Of a DNA stretch of 64,000 nucleotides, positions 39,401 to 51,117 are shown piece after piece. The position numbers were made by a program, and so were the translations under genes. How positions within the stretch are numbered: position 1 is the first letter of the stretch; every line of letters begins with the position of its first letter. The notes under the pieces are model-generated. The model did not search any database, had not been told where the DNA came from, and saw nothing but the letters and a program-made list of their open reading frames with translations. Source of the stretch: Mizuhopecten yessoensis (lineage: Eukaryota); assembly GCF_002113885.1 (NCBI RefSeq), contig NW_018406412.1:126899-190898 (forward strand). Reading direction: 5' to 3'.

Positions 39401-41800
39401 TTGTATGACATTGTTGCATTGATTGGTTGTTAAGAGTTCCTTGTGACCCTGTAGAAAGTTGTTGCGTTGATGGGTTGTTAAAACACTACCGTGTGGCCTT
39501 GTATGAAATTGTTGTAGACATTGTTGCATTGGTTGGTTGTTAAGAGTACCGTGTGGCCCTGTATGACATTGTTGCATTGGTTGGTTGTTAAGAGTAACGT
39601 GTGGCCCTGTATAGCATTGTTGCATTGGTTGGTTGTTAAGACTACCGTGTGGCCCTGTATGACATTGTTGCATTGGTTGGTTGTTAAGACTACCGTGTTG
39701 CCCTGTATGAAATTGTTGCATTAGTTGGTTGTTAAGACTACCGTATGGCCCTGTATAAAGTTGTTGCGTTGATGGGTCGTTAAAACATGGGTTTTTAAGA
39801 CTAAAGTATGGCCCGGTATAAAATTGTTTTGTTGATGGGTCGTTAACACTACCGTGTGGGCCGGTATGAAAGTGTTGCATTGATTGGTTGTTAAGACTAC
39901 CGTGTGACCCTGTAGAAAGCTGTTGCGTTGATGGGTTGTTAACACTACCGTGTGGCCTTGTATGAAATTGTTGTAGACATCGTTGCATTGGTTGGTTGTT
40001 ACGAGTACCGTGTGGCCCTGTGTGACATTGTTGCATTGGGTGGTTGTGAATACTACCGTGTGGCCCTGTATCAAATTGTTGCATTGGTTGGGTGTTAAGA
40101 GTACCGTGTGGCCTTGTACGACATTGTTGCATTGGTTGTTTGTGAAGATGACCCTGTGGAAAGTTGTTGCGTTGATGGGTTGGTAAGACTATTGTTGCAT
40201 TGGTTGGTTGTGAAGATTACCTTTTGACCCGGTATGAAATTGTTGCATTGGTTGGGTGTTAAGAGTACCGTGTGGCCCGGTGTGACGTTGTTGCATTGGT
40301 TGGTGACCCTGTATAAAGTTGTTGCGTTCAATGGTTGTTAATACTACCGTGTGGCCTTGTATGAAATTGTTGTAGACATTGTTGCATTGGTTGTTTGTTA
40401 AGAGTACCGTGTGACCCTGCATGACATTGTTGCATTGGTTGTTTGTAAAGTGTTATGACTACCGTGTGGCCCTGTATCAAATTGTTGCATTGGTTGGGTG
40501 TTAAGAGTACCGTGTGGCCTTGTATGACATTGTTGCATTTGTTGGTTGTTAAGAGTACCTTGTGGCCCTGGATGACATTGTTGCGTTGGTTGGTTGTTAA
40601 GAGTACCGTGTGGCCCGGTGTCAAGTTGTTGCATTGATTGGTTGTTTAGACTACCGTATGGCCCGGTATAAAATTGTTGTATTGATGAGTTGTTAAGACT
40701 ACCGTGTGACCCTGTAGAAAGCTGTTGCGTTGATGGGTTGTTAAAACATGGGTTTTTAAGACTAAAGTATGGCCCGGTATAAAAGTGTTTTGTTGATGGG
40801 TCGTTAACACTACCGTGTTGGCCGGTATGCACGTGTTGCATTGATTGGTTGTTTAGACTGAGTTGTTAAGAATACCGTGTGGCCCTGTATAAAATTGTTG
40901 TATTGATGAGTTGTTAAGACTACCGTGTGCCCCTGTAGAAAGCTGTTGCGTTGATGGGTTGTTAAAACATGGGTTTTTAAGACTAAAGTATGGCCCGGTA
41001 TAAAAGTGTTTTGTTGATGGGTCGTTAACACTACCGTGTGGGCCGGTATGAAAGGGTTGCATTGATTGGTTGTTTAGACTGAGTTGTTAAGAATACCGTG
41101 TGGCCCGGTATACAATTGTTTTGTTGATGGGTCGTTAACCCCGGAATGAAATTGTTGCGTTGATGGGTTGTTAAAACTTCCTTGTGGCCCTGTATAAAAT
41201 TGTTGCATTGATTGGTTAATAAGACTACCGTGTGGCCCAGTATGACATTGTTGCATTTGTTGGTTGTTAAGAGTACCGTGTGGCCCGGTGTCAAGTTGTT
41301 GCATTGATTGGTTGTTTAGACTGAGTTGTTAAGAATACCGTGTGGCCCTTTATGAAATTGTTGCATTGGTTGTTTGTTAATACTACCGTGTGGCGATGTA
41401 TGAAATTGTTGCATTGGTTGGGTGTTAAGAGTACCGTGTGGCCCGGTGTGACATTGTTGCATTGGGTGGTTGTGAATACTACCGTGTGGCCCTGTATGAC
41501 ATTGTTGCATTGGTTTGTTGTTAAGACTACCGTTTGGCCCTGTATGACATTGTAGCATTGGTTGGTTGTTAAGAATACCGTGTGGCCCTGTATGAAATTG
41601 TTGCATTGGTTGTTTGTAAAGAGTACCGTGTGGCCCTGTATGACATTGTTGCATTGGTTGGTTGTTAATACTACCGTGTGACCCTGTATGACATTGTTGC
41701 ATTGGTTGGTTGTGAAGACTACCGTGTGACCCGGTATGAAATTGTTGCGTTGATGGGTTGGTAAGACTACCGTTTGGCCCTGTATGAAATTGTTGGGCTG
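36455..41800. repeat. 48-bp satellite (GTTAAGACTACCGTGTGGCCCTGTATAAAGTTGTTGCATTGATTGGTT-like), ~110 units
   Basis: Periodicity 36501 to 36549. The 16-aa repeats in minus-strand ORFs (QQFHTGPHGSLNNQSM and GHTVVLTTHQRNNFIQ) match. Confidence 0.95.
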
Positions 41801-43750
41801 TTAACGAACGATAATTTAACATTTGAGGATCCGGAGGCAGATCACGAGGAAATCATTGTTAATTTATCGCCATTGTTATTATTCAGAGCAAGACGTATGA
41901 AGCCGTAAACTGAATTGTAGTGCACCGACAAAATCTAAACTGTATCACATATCAAAAAATCGACCCAAACAAGGTACCCTGTCTGAGACACAGGGACCCG
42001 CGAAATTGTTATGATTCGCATGTTTGAATCTAAACTGATCTGTTCACAGTATTAATAATAGACGCTATATACATGCATACCGTCAATAAGGGTACCGAGA
42101 GTTGATTTAAACTCTTAAAACATTTTTTAATATTACTTTGAACATTGCAGTTTAGGTCCAGACATACCGACTGTAAAACATTACATTTGTAGCAGGTCCC
42201 TGTGTTCGAAAACATTTACATAGTTAGCATACTGCATTCGGGGGTAACGTTAATATATTCACTTCTTCGTAGCTCTCATTTCCGTACCTTAGTTTGTATA
42301 ATGCTCAATCTCAATATATGTAACTTTATATCTGAACTTCAATAAAAAAATAAATGAATATTTCGTAAAAAGTTCGTCACGTTTAAACAGTAGGCTACAT
42401 AAATCACCTCAATATAATGCCTATTGTGTCATATGCCATTCCCGCTGATATTTTGCTAAGGTCCCACTATAATGTGCTATAAAAGTAATTTTAAGTAGAT
42501 AACTTTTTCTCGTTATAACGATATTTTGGTCGTTTTAGCGAAATACCATCTCATTACATATATAACGTTAAATTAGTCGCTACAACGAAAACCTATCTCG
42601 TTGTAACTAGAATTTAGTCATTATAACGTTATAATGAAAAAAGTGTCGTTATAGCGAAACACCATCTCATTATTCATATAACGTTCAATCGGTCGCTTTA
42701 ACGAAAATCTATCTCATAGTTACGAGATTTAAGTTGTTATAACGAACCACTATCTCGTTGTAACGAGATCTAGACTTTAGTCGCTATAGCGAAACAACAT
42801 ATTGTTGCACCGATAATTTAGTTTTTATAAACAAGGACTATCTCGCTATAACGAAAAAAGTATGTTTGTATGCCCTCAATCAGCCTTTGTATTAACGTAA
42901 TGTCGTTATACTGAAAAAGTAAAACAGAAATGAGAAAAGGGAAAACAGCTAAGCTAACAATACGTTTTCTGTACAACAGGTGTGTACCCGAACACAACAC
43001 CTGGATTATTCTACCTCATCTTTGTGTCGTGACCGGACGCGATCCGTAACATATACGAACCTCGCCACCCATCACCCCTGGCGAGGTATATTAAGCTACC
43101 TCTACCTTAAGTTTCTCATAAAAACACCATATACAAGTTTCTCGTTTTCCTTTTCAGCACGCATGTTTTCCCGAGTTTAACGAAACGGCGCGAAAAAATT
43201 TGCGATTGTGAAAAAAATGTTTTCTTTCTTTTATTAAGCCATGCATGAAAAAACATCATTTAAAAATCTGGATTATAGAACCATCAATCGTAATTTAAAT
43301 TTATATAAAATTGTTTATTTTACAACAATTATGAAAAAGTCTTATCTATTTACGAGCTTATCATATCTCCCTTGTGCTCCGAATACTGTAATGAAACGTA
43401 CATTAATTCAGGTATAAGTTTAGGCGACCGGAAAACACTCTGTGCAGATAAACGAGCTACATGTATTTTCCGGATGAACGAAGGTCTATGATTATATGAC
43501 ATGATTTCGCCTTCAAAATGGAAGATGAAACCTCAACTTAGATTAAGATGTGGATTTATTTTTCACGTGTAAAACAAAAAGCTTCAAGATCTCAAAATAA
43601 TCCCGGGGTGGGTGTTGAGGTGGCCCTGGGGGTTGGGGTAGGGGGAAATATGTCCAGATGATAAACTTTGCATGCACATTGTTTACAATAATTTACACCC
43701 CATGCCTGTTTGCAAGGTGACGCTGATTGTGTTGACATCATACAGACGAC

Positions 43751-44184
43751 CAATCTCGATACTTCAGGGGTTACGCTCATTTTCGCTCTCGTGGAATATG
43801 TCATAGCAAAATTGAAGGCACGCGGCTAGCTGTTTGATTGGTCTCAAGTAAACAAACCTGACCAATCGCTAGGCTAATATACATGTTCTTTGAAGATTAC
43901 AGAGAAGCCACTCCGGACATCAAAGCCATTCTGTTTTGCCGTCATGTGACCGCGAGATTCTTTTGATTTACATCCTAGGAACAAGACGGCACACACTTAA
44001 GCCTTCAATTATGAAATAATTTGGCGTTAAATCGTTATTTCATTATTTCGCTTGGCGTTATTTCGCGAGCGACAAAGCGAACAGACGAAATGTCATATAT
44101 CAGCCACCATATTCAATTCTGCTACGACACCCTCCAGGGGTTCAAAGAGCAAAAGTAAGCGTAACCGCTGGAGTATCGAGGATG
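43751..44184. mobile_element. Non-autonomous TIR element, family C (complete copy)
   Basis: ~39-bp TIRs CAATCTCGATACTTCAGGGGTTACGCTCATTTTCGCTCT and AGAGCAAAAGTAAGCGTAACCGCTGGAGTATCGAGGATG. Second copy at 48139; lone TIR at 50386. Confidence 0.75.
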
Positions 44185-44859
44185 ATAGAATTTTACCTTT
44201 TCGTTCGTTTGCTGTCATTTCATTTAACATGTTTTATCTACTTTTATTGGCCCTAATGATCATTTTCGGTTGATGGGCCGTTAAGAATCCAACAATACAA
44301 AATTGCATTCTCTTATGTAACGGAACATAAGGTACTAGTATACTGTACGTTTCAAGTCGTCAAGAGTGCGCCACTTCTAGATCTGTTGAGCAGAGAAATG
44401 TGTACGAAATGTGCATAACTGAGCTATTTTCTGAATGGAAACCGTGACATCAAATTTTGATTGTGAAGTTTGTAGATCCGTATTCGTCTGTCTTGGCCGA
44501 AATAAAAATCATAGACGATTAAAATATATGTATACTTTACATTACTTTATTTTATCAATAATAATTTTCGGCGATGTAAATTGCTCATGTTGGATAATGG
44601 CTGACAACTTGACAATTTCTTCGGAAAAAATTATTATCAAATAAAAAAAACATCAACTGCGTATACACGGCCAAACGTATGTCTAATGCTGCTCAAGGCA
44701 GAAGGCAATCATGAATCCATGGACAGGAAATCTTTCTAAAAGTTCTCAGATCGTTTTGCCCTTCCTCGCTTTGCCTTATTTACCAAAAGTTTCGATCCTT
44801 AATAATTAAATTTTAGCAAAATAATCCCATATGTTTATTAAAACTTAAATATTAAAACT

Positions 44860-44878
44860 TTTATGTTTTATTTTACAG
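44860..44878 (+). promoter_or_regulatory. Splice acceptor of the 5'-UTR intron upstream of the second GPCR
   Basis: T-rich tract TTTATGTTTTATTTTACAG|G, 60 nt upstream of the ATG at 44939. Confidence 0.65.
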
Positions 44879-44938
44879 GCGGTTCAGGACGGCTTTCGAT
44901 ACCTGTCAACAATTGATTAGACTGAAAACAGTGTCAAG

Positions 44939-46513
44939 ATGAATACGCCGGAACAGGAACTACGGCTGCAGGAAATCAATGACAGTTATGTTTCGATTCT
45001 ACTTCCGGTAATCATAGTCATTGGAGTGCTTATGGTGTTGGGTTTATTCGGAAATCCGCTTGTTATCTATTTTTACGGATGCCGAATGAAAACCACGGCA
45101 TCCTATATGTTTATAGTGACTTTGGCTATTTTCGACCTGTTATCTTGCGTGATATCTTTGCCCATGGAAATTTCAGACTTAATCAACTTTTACACTTTCG
45201 ACAGTGCTGCAACATGTCGCGCTCTTCGTTTTGTAAATTATTTTTCTAGTATAGGTTCCGGGACGACTCTAATTGCAATAGCGGTTGACCGATTCCGGAA
45301 AATATGCAAACCTTTCGACGCACAGATAACCGACAAAATGGCTAGATGGATAATTGTTGCTGTGATTGGTTTTGCGCTGTTTTGTTCGTGGCCTTCCATT
45401 TTTCTCAACACGGTAATTCAGAAAAATCTAACCGAGGATACATCTGTGGTTGCCCGGGATTGTACTCTAAATCCAGCTGATGACTACAAATTATTTGTGA
45501 CAATCTATAATTCGTTTCTTTTCCTGTGCTTTATCATCGTTTTCATAGTGCTTACAGCGTTGTATACGCTTGTTGGCAGACAACTATACAAGTTGCGTAG
45601 CTTCCGGTTCTACGCCACAGGCATCGAGAGAAACGTATCATCTGCTCGTCCTACGAGTTCGATGACGGTTGCGAGTGACATGACAAACTCCGAAGGCAGG
45701 AGCAGAACGGATGATTTGGCTGGTTTAGGGAATGACCTCAGGGACGGTTCACTTTCGCCTATCGGCGAAGACGACTATGCCAACCGTCGCCCTACCTCGG
45801 CCAATTCAATCGCGGTCAGTGCTCGGTCGCTGAAAATGGGTCCACACAAAGTTATCCCTCAAACAATGGATCCAGACCACGAGAAGGACATTGTAAATGG
45901 AGTATCGGGAAAAATTCGGCAAACTAGAAGTTTTACCGAAAAATCAGGCACCGAAAAAGTTCCGGAGAATATTCGTAGAGTAAGTTCGGCTACCATGGCG
46001 AACAAGGGGAAAGCATTTGGACAAAACAAGTTTGGAAGCCCTATGCGTGAAGGGTCTGCTACATCAAGGATGTCATACGCGTCCACAGCAAACTCCATGG
46101 CGGAAATAGAAACACGTGACGCGTACGCTTCAGGAAATATTGACCACCGAAAGGAAAAGATGCGATCGCAAAATATAAACACCAAGCGATACACGATAAT
46201 TGCTCTGTCCATAAGTATTGCGTTTGTTCTCAGCTTTTTGCCCTATTTGTGTCTAGTGATATGGTCAACGTTATTTATAACTTATGACCCGAACGAGTTC
46301 ACGCCAGCACAGCTTGTTGCCAGTGAGCTTTTTCACAGGTCATTTTTATTCAACTGCGCCTTAAATCCAATCATATACGGCTTCCTGAACACGGAATTCA
46401 AGAAAATGGTTTTCGGACAATGTGCAAAACTTTTCTGTTGCTGCTGCAAAACCAGACACAAAGAGGGAGATATGGCTCATGCAGAACTTAGTGGACTGTC
46501 CCGGTCTACGTAA
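44939..46513 (+). CDS. Class A orphan GPCR (CCK/orexin receptor-like), paralog of 53-1435, uninterrupted CDS, 524 aa
   Basis: FGNP, LAIFD, AVDRFRKIC, NPIIY and CCCCK motifs. Shares exact or near-exact blocks with the first GPCR: YFYGCRMKTT, QNINTKRYTII, SISIAFVLSFLPYL, YGFLNTEFK and ELSG. Confidence 0.95.
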   Translation: MNTPEQELRLQEINDSYVSILLPVIIVIGVLMVLGLFGNPLVIYFYGCRMKTTASYMFIVTLAIFDLLSCVISLPMEISDLINFYTFDSAATCRALRFVNYFSSIGSGTTLIAIAVDRFRKICKPFDAQITDKMARWIIVAVIGFALFCSWPSIFLNTVIQKNLTEDTSVVARDCTLNPADDYKLFVTIYNSFLFLCFIIVFIVLTALYTLVGRQLYKLRSFRFYATGIERNVSSARPTSSMTVASDMTNSEGRSRTDDLAGLGNDLRDGSLSPIGEDDYANRRPTSANSIAVSARSLKMGPHKVIPQTMDPDHEKDIVNGVSGKIRQTRSFTEKSGTEKVPENIRRVSSATMANKGKAFGQNKFGSPMREGSATSRMSYASTANSMAEIETRDAYASGNIDHRKEKMRSQNINTKRYTIIALSISIAFVLSFLPYLCLVIWSTLFITYDPNEFTPAQLVASELFHRSFLFNCALNPIIYGFLNTEFKKMVFGQCAKLFCCCCKTRHKEGDMAHAELSGLSRST

Positions 46514-48138
46514 TTTACGTCATTTCCGCTGCAGTATTCTGCAATAGACAGAACGACCACGTGTGCTATAGGATCATGTATGCCTTTCTGGTCTGGTGAC
46601 GATTTTACACAGTAAAACTCTTACATGATTTGTGGAGCATCACCAATCGTCTTCCAGTTATCAGCACATCTCCTTTTTTTTCGCGCCGGAAGATAAATTC
46701 AGATCAGGAGGGCATATGTAAAAAGTTTGATTTTAAAATGGAAAATTAATTTATCTTAATATGCTTTCAGTAGGTAACTGAAGTGTATGAAAACGCATTT
46801 TAAATTAATTCCGGAACTTAAGTGTTATAGTGTGATTCTTATTATTACATTTTTCCAGAAAGATATTAGTCCGGACCTTTTTTCGGTTTTCGGAAATGAT
46901 TCCATTTGATTTCGTGAACATATTTTCGTACCTGTGTACTTTCTATATATAAATTTTATGTAACTTATAATTTTATAATTGACTTAGTGCTCGTGATATG
47001 TATATTTTATATTTTTTTTATAGATAATATAAATCAAACCAGTTCTTATGTATGGGGAGGGTGGGGGGCGGATGGATGGGGGTGGTACCCTCGGCAAACG
47101 ATTGGCTTTTAACAGCAATACCTGAGTGTTTAATTTATTCAGTTTTTACTTTATCTTCATTTCTGTTTCAAAATTTCCGATTTTTTATTTACAAGAAAGC
47201 TGTGTTTTCTTTGACAGAAAATAGCTTCAGTTTTGTTGAAAAGAAATAAAAGGCAGACTTACAGTATACGTTTCACACTTAATGATTTGTTTTAACATCA
47301 TCACTCCGAATTACAGTATTGGCCAAAATGCCTGTTACAAGAAAGTATTGAAAAGCCATTGTATTATAAAAGTACATCTGAGAGTTTTTATAGCAACAAT
47401 GCGCGGCATGTTAGATATAATAGGTTAGCTATACAGAGCTCCTACTATGTATGTTAGCGGTCCATTCCACTCACAACAGGTTATACACTTACCTAACTGT
47501 ACATTTACTGTATACGTCAAAACCCATGTATCACTTATTTACCCTTACACTGGAATGGATTCATCCTATTTTCACGCATATGAATCTCAAGGCTCTGGTA
47601 CAGCTAGCAACCTATGCATTGCATGAGAATGCCTCACACAGTCTTCAATGACCTAAGGGAGGCAACTTTTATAAAAAAAAGTACATCTAAAGGCATTTTT
47701 AAAGATCCTAGCGCTTCAGTTCTGACTTAAATCCAACACCTCTGGGTAAAATTTGTTTGCTCCCTCTATTTACTTCATTAGCGAAACATCCTTTTTCTGT
47801 TTGCCAATTTATTTATAATACAATGCGGCAAAATATCACATTTGTTATATGCTATTGTAACATTTTAACGTTTCAAATATACAGTGTACGTATTTTTTAT
47901 GTGGTATTCATGTTAACTAAAATGAAATAGGCTGTAAGTGAATATATATAAATAAACGAATATATCAGTTTGTACCTGTGAGTGCTTATAACAAGGTGTG
48001 ATCTTGTGAATGTATGAACAATAAAACATGTCCCGAAGAGGAATACATAAATTGAAAAGAAAGAATTGTTTATATATTTTATTTATTATGATTATCTCAC
48101 TATGAAGCGGACTGAAACCACATCCAATCTCTACCCAA

Positions 48139-48441
48139 CCTAGATTCTCCAGGGGTTCCGCTCACTTTCGCTCTCTGCACCCCTGGAATATGTCTTAGCA
48201 AAATTGAAGGCACGCGGCTAGCTGTTTGATTGGTCTCAGGTAAACAAACCTGACCAATCGCTAGGCTGATATATACATGTTCTTTGAAGATTACAGAGAA
48301 GCCACTCCGGACATCAAAGCCATTCTATTTACCGTCATGTGACCGCGATATTCTTTTGATTTACATCATAGGAACAAGACAGCACACACTAAGCTTTCAA
48401 TTCTGCTACGACACCCTCCAGGGATGCAAAGAGCAAAAGTA
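48139..48441. mobile_element. TIR element family C, truncated second copy in the same orientation as 43751
   Basis: High identity to 43762-44160, e.g. TAGCAAAATTGAAGGCACGCGGCTAGCTGTTTGATTGGTCTC and GAAGATTACAGAGAAGCCACTCCGGACATCAAAGCC. Confidence 0.85.
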
Positions 48442-49130
48442 TGATCTCCACCCAGAGTTGACGTTCCTGACACTCACACACACCTCTGTCAACGGCTAGA
48501 AATTAGTCTGCATTATGATAAGCCTCTGATCATGTGATACTTGGTCATGTGCATTAGGACATTACACTATGGGCAGCATTGGTCATCACGTAAGTTCACC
48601 AGAATGTCGCCTTTTCTGTAATAGATATTCCAATGGTTTGAACTGTTTGCCTGTTAAAACCGAAACCAGGTGCATATTTATTTGCATTTTTTTTTACAAT
48701 ATAATCTTTCACACTCATCACGAATCCAACATGTGCTAACAGCGTGGTTTAATTTAAGTGGTGTACGTAGATACCAAGTCAGATTACACAATGGCGGATA
48801 CAAACATAATCAAATCAGTTTTGTGTGACATGTTTTGGAAAAGTGAAGTTTTTAATTAATTGATTGTATAACACATTTCTGAAATACTCGAAAGCTTGTG
48901 AGTGTAAGTGAACGACAACTACGGTTAGAGATTAAAACCATATCTACTTTCCCGCCTCTGTCGTAGGAGAGTTCCAAATCAAAACAACCATCTATAACAT
49001 AAGGATACCCCCATTGAAAACTGTCATTTCTGAACAGAAAATCATTCTTTGCGAGACCTAGCTGGAAACGTAATAAATATGAATCAAACAAAATAGTTCT
49101 GAGTGTAAAGACACAAAAGAACTAAACCAG

Positions 49131-49402
49131 GGCCCGTATTCATCATGAAACTGTTCTCATGCTCAGGTATAAATTCTGTGCTCAAACCAACTTTTTTTGT
49201 ACAGTAAACTGTAACTCGCTCAAGTACTGTGACACAGGCAATGTTGTAAAAATTTGAAACGGTAATTGGCTTGAAGTCTCTCTATCATTCATCATATCAT
49301 CGACAAAATGTGACTCTTCAATAATTTATAACTGTAACAAGAAATTGGGCTTGAGCACAGATTCTGAGTTTGAGCATGAGAACAGTTTCATGAATACGGG
49401 TC
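49131..49402. mobile_element. MITE family A, copy 4, with 3-bp TSD (CAG); a partial copy follows at 49408-49575
   Basis: CAG|GGCCCGTATTCAT ... ATGAATACGGGTC|CAG. A 3-bp TSD and GGCCC termini fit PIF/Harbinger. Confidence 0.8.
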
Positions 49403-50577
49403 CAGATTCGTTCTCATTCTCAAGCATGGATTCTTTGCTTAAGCTCAATTTCTTGTTCTTGTTATAACTTAATAAATAAAACATGTTTTGTCAATGATTT
49501 GTAAACATTTTGAAGAGACTTAAAGCCAAATACTGTTTTCAATGTTTACATTTGACCTTTTGATCGTTTGACATGTACAAGGATTCGTAAAAAAACACTT
49601 TTGACTTATCTCCCCTAGAACTCACAGTCTCCCGATTTCATACATCAAATATGCAAGTACAGTATATATAAATTTATTAAGGATCACCGTTCCGCTGCCA
49701 AAAATGAAACTATGCATTCGAAACTGATTTTTTCGCAATGATTATAACTTTGATAAAAAAATGAAAAAGGAAAAAGAGGTATGCCTTGCAGGTACTTAAA
49801 CAAAAGTGTTCAACAAGTGTTCTGGGTGTTAAAAAGCGTGGTTACACAAAAATTCGAAAAATGGACATCGAATTGTTATACTGTCGTTCTAACCGACTGA
49901 GCTACTTGGTCTACGGAAGTGTCACGGACAAACTGTGCTGCAGTTATATCCAAACCAAATTAAGGGGAAGTAATTGTAAAAACGAAAATTCACGGTGCAG
50001 TGGGGCAGGGATCCTTAAGAATGCTTATATCGATAAGAATTAATCAAGATCGTCAATGATATGACAATACTTAACCAATCATACAGCAAAGAATTTGGTC
50101 AGAAATAAGTCGAGTTCAAATGAACTTGTTCGTCCTTAGGTGTCATCATTTGTAGGTTAAGTATTTAAATCGCAAGTAGGGGTCATTGCAATCGTTACGT
50201 TTGCATATACATAACTGTAATCGTATTACTAGCAATACTGTTATTTTTTTGTAGTCTTTTCTAATATATGTTTGGATTTGGACACAATATCCTGACGCAA
50301 CAACTGGAAAACACCACATTTTTATTGATTCGTTTCTGCTCATTGTAAAGATAAAGACATTAAGTACAGAAAGTTTATTGAAAACCATCCTCGATATTCC
50401 AGGGGTTACGAAGTTACGATTATGGAGTAGCCGGGGATGACTGAAAACGTGAACATGAAACGGTTTCTGATTATTGTTAAGATATAGGCGGCAAGTACAA
50501 AAAGTTTACTGAAAACGTAATCGGCCATATTTGTCACTTCCGAGTTAGTCCAGGTCATCGCGGTGGATCCTTGTTTA

Positions 50578-50859
50578 AGGGCCTGTCACACCTAGCCGGT
50601 TTGGGTCCCCGTAGCTATACTGGAGCACGGCGATTTTCGGGGCTCGATACTAGACCGGTAGTACATTGTCAACACATCGTCAGAACATCGGCGAAACAAA
50701 TTACTAACGGGAGGCGACGGTCGAAAATTTTGAACTTGCTCAAAAATTTCCGCCGTTGCGCTGCAGGAGCAAGTGCTTTTGCAAGTAGTTTCTGGCCGTT
50801 CGATTTTTTTGCTCCGGTTTAGTCCCGGCGAGGTACATTGGTAGTGTGTAACATGCCCT
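50578..50859. mobile_element. Non-autonomous TIR element (Harbinger-like)
   Basis: AGGGCCTGTCACAC ... GTGTAACATGCCCT imperfect TIRs with TTA on both flanks. Confidence 0.55.
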
Positions 50860-51117
50860 TTAGTTGCTGTATAGATATAAATAAGCAACTACTGATGTAC
50901 AGAATGTTTTCTCATCTTTTGACAAATATCATTAGCTGACTGTTGAAGGGAATAGAAGTGTTGAAGTACCAGAGACACACGGAGGCGAAGACATTATCAG
51001 AAAATTTCAAAAATTTAAGGATTCAAACTATTGTGATTAGATTCACGTGTATCTACTGGTTTATTATATAGATAAATGTTATATGATTTTCTATGTATTT
51101 TTTAATTACATAACGTT

